Below are positions 53,723 to 64,000 of a stretch of DNA of 64,000 bases, in pieces. Under the pieces are notes generated by a model. The model was not told where the DNA came from. It worked only from the letters and a program-made list of their open reading frames with translations, and did not search any database. Within the stretch, counting starts at the first letter, position 1. Each line of letters begins with the position of its first letter. Source of the DNA: Sphagnum compactum (Eukaryota); the NCBI GenBank assembly GCA_965153455.1, contig OZ234494.1, positions 6,014,001-6,078,000 on the forward strand. Direction: 5' to 3'. Both the position numbers and the translations under genes were made by a program.

Positions 53723-54230
53723 AGTCTTGTAATTTATTATGATTTTGTGTGGCATTTTTCTGTTGTTGCTTGTGGCCAAATTTTTTTTTGAGGTTGTGGA
53801 TGTTTGTTTTGGGCACTTGCAAAAGCTGAACTTTGACAAAATTGGGTCACATTTTGTGTCGTTGATGGTGCTAAGGCTGTTCTCTGAGTCATTCCCTCCA
53901 AGCTCAAGCAGAAGGCAGTTGCAAGAAAGTCCAGTTGAGCAAGAAGGTAACAACACTGGTGCAACACTTGAAAACCTCTCTCATTGGATGGTAAAAACTC
54001 ACAAAAATTGTCCGCCATCTCCTGGTAACATACTTTTCTTATTTTTTGCATCTCTAGCATCATGAATGCATTTTGGGAGTATTGTATCTACCCAAAGTAA
54101 AAACAACCAAAATCAACTATCTCAGGAAATAGCACTAGTATTAGTAGTAGCAGCAATGGCAGCAGCAGCAGCAGCAGCAGCGGTATTATTGTGTTGACCA
54201 GAAGCTATTTGTCTTCATATCTGCAGGTGA
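50518..54230 (+). CDS. MIKCc-type MADS-box transcription factor, 227 aa, moss PPM1/PPM2/PpMADS1-like. Exons 50518-50702, 51979-52048, 52333-52394, 52531-52630, 52963-53004, 53231-53272, 53480-53658, 54227-54230
   Basis: M domain [60 protein letters not shown] domain MRDILDRY. K-box exons have the canonical MIKCc lengths 62/100/42/42 nt ([23 protein letters not shown]). The C-terminus is SQTSLHLG*. All introns are GT-AG. Confidence 0.96.
50900..51135. repeat. Minisatellite in MADS intron 1
   Basis: About 6 copies of ttgcaaacaaa(ag)aaagattgtacc(a)aatcct, unit ~35-50 bp. Confidence 0.8.
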
Positions 54231-54265
54231 AACATCTTTGAGATGGGATCATCCACAATACCGAA

Positions 54266-54287
54266 GTCAGAAATAGACTCCATGCAT
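54266..54287 (+). promoter_or_regulatory. Putative miR538 target site in the MADS 3' UTR
   Basis: GTCAGAAATAGACTCCATGCAT compared with the reverse complement of Physcomitrium miR538 as recalled (TCCAGACATAGACTCCATGCAA) shows a 14-nt perfect core, ATAGACTCCATGCA. miR538 is known to target moss MIKCc MADS genes. Confidence 0.75.
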
Positions 54288-57200
54288 TTTCCTTCCTCCA
54301 TGTGTCTGCGCTGGATTGGATTCAGAAACTGAAACCAGATATCTCAGAGTTTTTCATCATTTTTAACTAACTGTTAGGAGACTATTTCTTAGAGAAAGCC
54401 AATTTTTAACAAAATTTCCCCATCCCCTTCCTTCCCTCTCCCCCACACAAAGCAATCCATCATGCAATTACTATTTGCTTTGTGTGTGTCCCACTCTGAT
54501 AACCTCCTCCTCCTCCTCCCATGGGCATTCTTACACATACCTATGCCTGATTTTTTGGCTTCATTTTTGGAAGTCATTTGCAAAACGTGTGGAGTCTCTC
54601 TTGGGATGTCATGCCTCCACTTTCAAGCAAGCTGCCAGCCAGAGGTTCCTCTGCTTGTAAAAACTTCCAAATTTTTTGAGGTGGCCACAGAAAATGCAAT
54701 AAAACTTTTTTATGTCTTTTGAGATTAAGATTCTTAACACAGATGAGTTTGGTGATGCTCTTCTGTTGTTGTAATTGTGTTTGTGCAGTCAGGTGTGGCA
54801 GCATTGTCATTGCTGGCCACACTTTCTCTGAGCCAGGATCGAATTCTTCTACTAAACTTCATACATGTCTTCACAAGCTCGAGTCAATCTCCAGCAGCAG
54901 CAGTAGACAGGGGGACTTACACATAGATCAGACAAAGTTGTTAAAGTCCCTCATTGTGGAGGTCAATGACTACTCAAACTTGGCAAATGTACAACTCCAA
55001 TAAAATGGTTTGCAGATCACGGAGTGAGTGACTGAGTATACATGCACATGAGAAGTTTTGGGCTGTATAAAAGAAAATTTTGAGAAACCACCCATTTCAA
55101 CAGAAACAGTGATCAGATGCAACAATGCCACCAAAGGATCTTCTACAATCTGAAGAAGTTTCACATATTCAGGATCTTTCTGATTCCAGTACTGAAGGAT
55201 AAAAGTTTTTGCATCAGATCCTATTGCACTCATCATCAATAAGGATTGACATTCATTCATTTCCTGCATCATTGGACTCGGCAACAATCCTGGAATTGGA
55301 ATCCTTTTCTATTCACGAATCATTTGGAGTACTAAATTTGAATGGAGTTCACATTTGTAAATTGAAATCCAATTCAATTTATAAACAATTGGATTCAGAT
55401 TCAAGTGAATTGAATTCAAATTCAACTGAAAAGAAATGAGATAAGTTAGAAGTGATTTTGTAGCCTAGAATTAAATTATTTTGACATTTGCCCATTGAAA
55501 TTGATCATCCCAAATGATACTTACATGGAACACTACTCAATCACTATTTACCAAATAATAATTTGTGAGTGAGAAATTGACCTTTTAATGCATCAAAAGT
55601 AGCCATAGAGTGAACGAAATTGGGTATTACTTAATGAAAATTGGGTATTAGTTCACAAGATTTCTAAGATTTTATTTTGATGAGACTTGATTTAATGAAA
55701 AATATGAACCAAAATGAAAGGCATATATAAGGCAATTAATCCAAAATTGGGGGTGAGACTTCTCTAAGGACCAGTGGAGGTGAGAAAACTAGTTTGATCC
55801 CCTTTTTTTTTCATGTGTATTATTTTCATCTTGACTTTTCATTTCATCCTCACTTTTGGAAATTTTCCACTTCCTTTTGTTTGGATACTTTACTAATAAT
55901 TATATTAGGTATTAGTGTAGCATGTGTCATTGGCTGACGTGTGAACTAATTACCAAACTCATTTTTCTTTCCAATTTTTCTATTCAAAATCCAATATCTT
56001 TCACACCTTAAATCAAAAAGAATTCAAATTACCTTAATTAAATCATGTTCATTGAAGGATTTCCAATAATATCAAAAGTGCACCCAAATTCCCCTATAAT
56101 TTTTAGTTTCGATTTAAATGAATTTTTTCAATGAAAAAATTGTTCAATTTTCAATAACTTCTCTCTCCCTAGGTTAAAACATTATGAAACCAACTTGGTG
56201 CACCTCACTCATTGAAGGTTTTCCAAGGGTACTAAGAGCATGGCAAGAGGCACCATAGTTTGGGAAATCTCAATGTCACAAACAAACAAAGACCCTTCCT
56301 TCATAAATAAATGTGACTTAGGTGTTGTCTTGATAGGAGGTGTCATGGAGGTCTAAAATGAGAACAAAGCAAGGACACAAGGGAGAAAAAACAAAGTTCA
56401 ATTAATTGGATCTTGCCAAAGTGTACAATAAAATCAACTTGTTTAGTGTTCAAGATACTAGGTTATCGACAATTAAAGGAACGTATACTAGTCCAATGAG
56501 GTTTTTGCTTGCCAAGAAGTATGGTGCTTTGAAAACCCAATTGCAAGTTACATAATATGACAAAAAATCATGTTTTTAACCTTTGTTTTTCACTCATGTT
56601 CACATTCTTGAAAATAAAAAAATGTTCTACCTATAATAACTTGATTTTTAAAGTGCAAAAAGGTTCATTGAATATTTAATATAGCTTCAAATTAAAAACA
56701 TGCATGTTTGTTTTATCACAACAAAATTGAATCAATTAATCAATTAAAATTAAAATTAATTTATTTTCATAACATTGTCATATACTAAGGCTACAATTGA
56801 TGTTTGATATTAAATAATTCTCAAGTTTGTAGGTGGGAAAAAAAAAATTATGATGTCATGTAACAAGTCAAAATTTTCAAAATTGAATCCTCCATCTTTG
56901 GTGATCACTCTTGTCAATTGGGTTACCACAATATATTCAAAATATAAGAAATACATTTTATATTTATTCCTCGTTACCAAAATTCTAAATATTTATATTG
57001 AAGTTGTTGGACCCATTTGTTGAAAAAAAATCCAACAAAATCTATTAATCGTCAGTTGTAGGTATTATATCAAAACAAATGGTCATATCTAACAAATGTT
57101 TGTGTACATGACTATTTTTGTAAAGATGTATTCCAATGCATGTTTTTTTTTTAACTCAATATATTTTAAAGTCGAAATTTAGGTAAAAAATTTGGTACTG

Positions 57201-58369
57201 TTTGGTAGACATTTTGGTAGGCATTTCCAATAATTTATGACTATTTTTGGTAGGCATTTTCAATAGGTTTTAAAGTATTTTCAATAGATATTTTCTATAA
57301 TTATTTTCCTATAATTAATTTTTGTTAATTATTTTTGTAGCTACTCTAAAATATTAATCAAATTTGTCCTTTAAATAGTTACATAATTAAGTAGTTACAT
57401 ACATGGGCTAGGTATGTTATGTAAGTTATATAGGTAGTTAAGTTAAATTAGGCTAGGAAAGGTACTTTAAGCTAGGTAATTGTTGGGCATTAATTAGCCT
57501 AACCAGTTTTGGTTAAGCCTAGTTAGGCTGACCAATCAATACAAAAAATTTGCAAATATATGATTGGATTTACAATTCATTTTTAGTTGTGATAACCAAA
57601 TGCAATTTGCTACAATGCCTAATCATTTTGGACAAGTCGCATAAAATTCTAGTTGCAAAAACAATGTGTGGCACCTAGTTGCAATGGCAGTCGCATAAAG
57701 ATATGACTTACATGAATTTTTTATCCATCCAAATCAACTTATGTGGCATTGTCATTTTGCAATTGATTTTACAACTCAAAAATGTAATCGCAGTATTTAT
57801 ATTTATTTAAATATTAATCATATATATATGTTATTGTTAATTTTATTAAATTCAACCTATACCATGTTGACACGTGTCATTACATAGGCTAAGTTTTAAA
57901 AGGTAGGCCACCTATTGTGTTTATTTAAGGTCACATAGTAGGCAACCTGGCCTATGTTAACTAGGTAGGTAGGGAATATTCGATCAACATTCTAACGTTG
58001 ATCACAACTCATGTCATTTGTGGGAATTCATTTTTGAACCCCAAAGATAGAAATCAACTCCCTTGCCACCAAACCACCCCACTTATTGTTGCGAAAAAGT
58101 AATTTGCATTATTTTTAACCTATTTCATTTAAAACATTACACAAAACATCATTTTTTGATATATTATTACAATTTTGTCCAAATGATATTAAAGTTTAAA
58201 CTTGATGTTTTTCCAATAATGTACACAAACATTTTTTTTCCTTTTAAAAATATAAATTTATTTGAAAAGGAAAACATTTGAATTCCATTATTCCATACAA
58301 TTTCAATGACCATTTAGTGATAAAAATTAATTCAATCACATGATTTATACTGGATAATATAATATAAAT

Positions 58370-59350
58370 ACATAAATAAATTTCATGTCTTAAACCTTCA
58401 TTTGATTCTAAAAATTATATTATACAATCTTTCTTTTGATATATCATAATTTCACCAATCAAATTTAATTAAAATGTGTGATATATAATTTATGCACATA
58501 TAGTATTTATAAATGAATCATAAATAAATTCTAATAGAAATAAAATAAAAGTTCTTTGATCAACTATATTATTTTTCATATAAAAAAATCTAAATAATCA
58601 AATTTAATTTTTAAATATTAGTTAATGCCATATAATTAATTGATTTTATGGAACTATAAATTCTATTATGTTTACACATATAATATCTTAAGTTTTACTT
58701 AGAATTATGATAAATTTTTATATAAAATAAACTATGTTTTTTCACATGTCAAACATCTATTTGATTTTTAAAAAAATTGTTATACAATTTTGCTTATAAT
58801 AAATCATAATTGTACCAACAAAATGTAATTTAAATGTATGACATTAAATGGGTCATAAATTACTCCTACTACCTATCATATTCAATAAATAAATTACATT
58901 GCTTACCTGATATAGTAATTAATTCAAAAATCACATATATCAACATGATAAAGTATTTATTATTTAACCCATATACATGTGACGTACTTGCTACTTACTA
59001 CCGACTACCTATCCTATTTATTGCCTATTTAATAGATTAATTGCATAACCTACCTAATTAATTATTTACACTTATTACCTAGTCCCTAACCTATTTAATA
59101 TATAAATTACATAGCCTAATTAATGAAATAATTAAAACAATAACATTATCACATATCAACATAATAAAATACTTATTACTTAGCCCACATACATATTGTT
59201 TACTATTTATTACCTTATAATCTACAACTTAATAATTGATTAATTACCTAACCTACCTAATTAATTAATTAATTAATTAAAAAACATTATGACATATCAA
59301 CATGATAAAATACTTAGACTATTTAGCCACATACATATTACCTATTACTT
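58370..59350. repeat. AT-rich degenerate direct repeats
   Basis: 58380-58480 resembles 58740-58840. cacatatcaacat(g/a)ataaa recurs at ~58930, ~59148 and ~59291. Confidence 0.55.
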
Positions 59351-60864
59351 AGCCTTATTTCTACCATTAATTGCCATGGGTCCTTTGAAATTTTCATAAA
59401 CCCACCAAACCCTACTACACATTTAATGGTTAATTCATTAAAGAAAGTTAAGGGAAAACAATGAGACCATTAAATCTAACAATTTCATTGGCCAATTCAT
59501 TTTTTTCACATTTAATTACATGTGCATTTGTGATTAAGATTTATAGCCACAAATCAAGTTGAAAAGATGCCACGTGGTGTCCAATGGCCTTAAGCTTTGA
59601 ACCACCTTCCAAATCACAAAAAGGACAATTACATTTTCATCTATTTTGGGATGCCACTAAAAATGGATGATATAAGTGTGTATTTTTCATTTTCATTTTC
59701 ATCAAAATCGACATTACTCACAAGTATAAGTTGCATATGCAACTACAAACCATTCTATAGTTTATGTGATTACCAGTCATTTTTACTAAGTGCCACGAAA
59801 GACAGTTGTATCTAAAGTCACAAAAATGGTTGATTTGGACAAAAGTTGTAAACACATGGGTTGGAATGGACAAGATTCTTTGTAGTTAATAAAATTTTGG
59901 GGTTTTAATTGGAGGTTCATGAAGTAGGATAATAGGAGGATCTTATCCAGGATGGACTGCTAAGGATGGGTGGCTTGGACATGATAAGGTGGGGAGAGGG
60001 TAAGATCCATGGGCTAGGTTAAAACATGGTTATCTTGTCCTGGCATGGGCCGGATAAACCTCCCGGATAAGAAGGTATGGATATGCCAGCTAAGGCTTCT
60101 AGGAAGGTGCTAAATATTAGGGTTAAGTTAAGACAACAACTTTCTTTCTTCCTATAATTTGTTGACCACCTTCACTTTTTTAAATGATGAATGATGTGTG
60201 AGGTAGTGGGAGGGGAGTGAAGAATGATGATGAATAATGTGAAAGTTGGTGGGATTAGATATATCCTGAGGAGGCAAACACGCAGGAAGAGGTTGTTACA
60301 TCATGAGAAGGTGGGCTGACCAAATATGTCCAACCCAGTAACAAGAGGAATGGGAGGTGGATACATAAGTGGAGGTGTTGGCGGCTTCTCAAGGTGGTTT
60401 TGGTGGGCACTTTACTTTAAAGGCGAAGGTGGGAAAGGTACATGGATCTTGTGTTAGGGCATGGTAGAAAAAGAAGATGAAAAGGTGGAAAAAGGGGTTG
60501 ACTCAAAGAGAAACTATAAATTTGTCCCCTTAGAGTGAGGGTAAAGAAAGATAGGAGGAAGCTTAATTTCAAGGATTTGGAAGAATTAATGTTGTTAGTA
60601 AGGTTGTGAATAGAAGTAAGATAGAAATGAAAAGTTGTTGGTAGATAGGGTAGTGTTATATCAAGCAGGGTAGGAGTTTGGTGGAAAGGAGATCCACACT
60701 AGCGATTAAACAAACACATGTAAAAATTTCTTTTCTTTTTAATGCATGAAGCTTTGTTTTGAGGACCACTAGCTCTAATTGTTGTAGGTTGTGTGTGTGT
60801 GGTCTTGGTTATGAATTGATGGTTTTGGGGTTGTGGTTAATTAGAATAAGAACAAGAGGATAGT

Positions 60865-61250
60865 GTGGGAGTAGGAATGATAGTTGTTGTTTGACTTAGA
60901 CAAGGCAACAGAAAAATAATGATGCCTAGAAAGAAGTATAGAGAAAAAGAATAATCCAAATCCTAACTAGTTGTGATTCATTGGGTTAGGGTTGGGGCTA
61001 GTATAGTAAAAGAAAGAAGATAATGTTGTGAATAGAAAGTGTAGCTATTGTTTGGATCAAACAAGGCAAGGGAAGGGTAATCATATCCAAAAATAAAATA
61101 AAAGTGCAAGTTCGAACTAGTTGTGATTCATTAGGGTTAGGTTGAATATAACAAGGTTAAGAGGTTAGGCCGTGAGTAGAAGGGGGCACTACTGTTTAGA
61201 TTGAACAAGGTAGGAAAAGGATAATTGTATCTAGGAAGAAAGTGCGGGAG
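60865..61250. repeat. Degenerate tandem repeat (~150-bp unit, ~3 copies)
   Basis: aactagttgtgattcatt(a)gggttag(g)gttg and tgttt(g/a)ga..aacaagg motifs recur at ~150-bp spacing. Confidence 0.6.
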
Positions 61251-61439
61251 AGGAAAATTAGTTCATATTGTGACACCCCCTTGGATGTCCTCCATGGGGG
61301 AAAGGGGAATGGCCCAGATTAAAGTTGTTAGGCCAAGCTAATTTAACACTTAATAGTAACTAGGTATTGTAAATGGTGGATGTTTTCTTCGAGGAAGACA
61401 AGACCTCTAGAGATTTTGGTGAATAAGAAGAGCAGAAAT

Positions 61440-63450
61440 AAACAAAAACAAAAAAGGTTGAAGTGCTAAAGACTCTTAAATGAAGACATGCACTTAAAAG
61501 AAAGTTGTTTCAATACTATGATAAACAACAACAATTAGAGTTCGTGTTGGTAACACATGAGATGTTTGGAAATGATGATCTAGACACAAAATGGCACAAT
61601 ATTTGAAGGAGAAAGGAAAGGATGTGGGTTTAATATGCAAAAAAATGACATCTAGAAGGATGCAATATGCATGGAGTTGTTGAATGAAATAGTGTCAACA
61701 ATGTTAATTGGTGAAAAAAATTGGGAATGTGAGGTCAAAAGATGAAGAACTAAAAAGCATATATATTTGTGAACTCTTTCATAAGGTGGCTATGGACATT
61801 GCAGGGCCCTTCTTGAAACACAAAGAGGAAACAAGTATATACTAATGGCTATAGACCATTACTCCAAATGGAGTGAAGCCAAAGCTGTCCCAAACCATGG
61901 GGTGAAGACCGCAGCCAGGTTTCTTGAAGATGAATCATTTGCAAATATGGCATTCCCAAATTCATACTCATTGACAACAGAGGATAATGATTAGTTGAGT
62001 TTGATGCAATGTGTAAGAACTATAGTATTACACATTTGTTTATGATGCCATAGTGGCCACAGTGCAAAGGAATGGTGGAATGGTTAATAAAGATAATCAA
62101 ACATGGGATTACAATTTTATTTGCCACATCTAAACATTTGTATTCTTAGGATGAACAATTGGCTAGGGTTATGTTTGGATACTGATGTGGCATCCAAGCC
62201 AACACTAGATTATCTCCTTTTATGATATTAATTGGGCGTACATTGCACCTTTGAGTTAACAACTATCTACAAGCTTTGACTACTACGGTGGATGATGCTA
62301 TTGATATAACAAGTATTGTAAAATAATTCATCAAGAAGATGAAACTGGTAGCAAGTATCCATGAGAATGTGTTGCTTAAGGTGGAACAAACACAAAAGAA
62401 ATAGAAAAGAGCTTATGCCACGAAAAAAGGAAAACAAACATTTGAAGGATTTGTTTTGAGCATACAATGGTCAAAATGAAGAAGCTAGGGAAGAAGAAAG
62501 TTTTAACATCAAGTTGGGAAGGTCCTTACCAATTTTTTCGGTATGTAGATGGGAATGGCGATTGACGCGCTCCCAAGTCCCTAGTTAGGCCCAAGATGGG
62601 ACTAACTTATTCAAGTTGGGGAAAAGTGAAAGACTCGAGGCACGCTCCCAGCCTTCAACACTAAAAGGGGTAGAGGGGCATGCTAAAGCCTCGGGATGGG
62701 ACTAGGAAGAGTGACAAGTTATTCACTTACTCGAACCTGCATCAAAACCAACCACAAGTTGTTTAGATCACTTTCTGGATCCACCTTGGTGCTAAGACAA
62801 GCCACGGGCAACTCTGGATTCACGAGACTCACCACGGCCCGGACTCGGGGGAAGCCACCACCTTCCCCCATATAGTATTCTCTGCGTTCGCCCGCAGCAC
62901 CCGCATTCGAATGGCTTTTTGTCCCAGGACTCCCAAGGAGGAGTCCCGAAATTGTCCCAGTTTGGACTCCCGGGACTTTGGAAGCTCATAGCTCCCAGCT
63001 CAGACCTCCGATTGAGATGAGTTCTAAAGCAATCTTATAGCTCTCCTCGAGAGCTTTCCAACGGTGTTGTCGCACTCTACCTGCACGCACCAAAATCAGG
63101 TCGATTCTCGACTTTGAGTGGTCGGGAGTCAAACTGGCCCTTCTTTTGCCCATAACTTATGCTGCAGATCTTCAAATGGCCCATGCAAGGCCATTTTGGA
63201 CATCTACTCTTCAAGACCTTTCCAACGATATAAAGAACATTCCAATGCGAGGTGTTTTGACCCCTGCAATCAAGCTCTGAATTTTCGGGAGTCCCGGAGG
63301 ACTCCAAGTCCCACTATTGGGAGTGTGAGTTGCATCCTCACACTTTGCCTCAAAGTGGGGTTGCGACAGCGACATTGATTTTGATGAGGGCAACAAATTA
63401 TGCATCATTCAAAATGCTGATGAACATCAATGGGAACGATCATCCTAATG
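61440..63450 (+). mobile_element. Decayed Ty3/gypsy integrase region, interrupted by a solo LTR
   Basis: FHKVAMDIAGP, GNKYILMAIDHYSKWSEAKAV, CKYGIPKFILIDN, QCKGMVE, LSPFMILIGR, SSWEGPYQF (GPY/F). The relic resumes after the insertion at 63369. Confidence 0.85.
62563..63368 (-). mobile_element. Solo LTR (806 bp)
   Basis: Termini TGACGCG...TTGCGACA (TG..CA). The flanking 5-mers GCGAT and GCGAC form a TSD with one transition. It is much more GC/CpG-rich than its flanks and has no internal domain. Orientation is tentative. Confidence 0.85.
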
Positions 63451-63940
63451 AAATTATGTGTACTTGGGATTAATATTCATAAATTAGACCATGCATCAAA
63501 TTTGAGTTTATGTCTTGTATGATGATTCACTTTTGCAAGTTTAACATCATGTCATTAGTTTAAAAGTGAGGTGTAATTCATTAGCTTAAATCATTATGAG
63601 ACCTTAAAAATGAAACATGTTTATCATATCTTAATCGTTACATGGTCACTATGTATGTAATCACCATGTTTCATTACTAATGAACATAATTTATTATTAA
63701 TTGAAATAATTTGTTATAGTAATTTTTTTAATAATGTTATTTTTAAAAATATTTTAGGTTATTATATTTTAGGTTATTTTAGGCCATTCTACCCTAAGTT
63801 ATTTTAAGTTATTTTATTCTAAATTATACCCTAAAATAGATAACCTAAAATAATTGAAGATGGAAAAGCTTTGGATAACTTAAAATAAAATAACTTAGGG
63901 TGGTTCATAACCTATAATAGCCTAAAGTTTAATAATTTAA

Positions 63941-64000
63941 TGTCATGACCCTCTCCTTAGGCTCATGACCAAGGCAAGGGCATGGAAAGGTGCAGGTTGA
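63941..64000 (+). mobile_element. Probable start of another LTR, cut by the window end
   Basis: Abrupt switch from AT-rich DNA to tgtcatgaccct..., similar to the tgtcgcaacccc terminus of the neighbouring solo LTR. Confidence 0.5.

Noticed and set aside
54700-55290. Minus-strand ORFs (54970-55287, 54574-54822) with splice-like signals
   Set aside because: I could not build a consistent exon chain or recognise any domain.
62792-63408. Short ORFs in the GC-rich segment
   Set aside because: They lie within or overlap the solo LTR.

Overview
Eukaryotic plant nuclear DNA, most likely a moss and plausibly Sphagnum. This is inferred from a PPM1/PpMADS1-like MIKCc gene with a miR538-type site and from the repeat landscape. 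I assembled four spliced genes by hand from GT-AG junctions with consistent phases: (1) the 3' part of a PHR1-like MYB-CC transcription factor (+, 1-2337); (2) a 100-aa two-exon SAMBA-like APC/C regulator (-, 4004-4724) that the ORF track splits; (3) head-to-head with it, a 9-exon ~1039-aa RING-H2 E3 ligase (+, 5639-11931) with several SUMO-interacting-like and MIU-like motifs; (4) an 8-exon MIKCc MADS-box gene (+, 50518-54230). The rest is mostly decayed mobile DNA: an endonuclease-bearing Helitron (Helentron-like), a complete but degenerate 12.8-kb Ty3/gypsy element (both LTRs, ATGAT TSD, extra 3' ORF region), a CRE-like LINE, a Harbinger-type MITE, a copia RNase H fragment, and a gypsy integrase relic interrupted by a solo LTR. 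The most interesting observations are: the SAMBA C-terminus resembles metazoan APC16; the RING protein has a STUbL-like architecture; and the MADS last intron gives the same protein whether spliced or retained, but sits just upstream of the miR538 site. Family assignments come from remembered motifs, not database searches.
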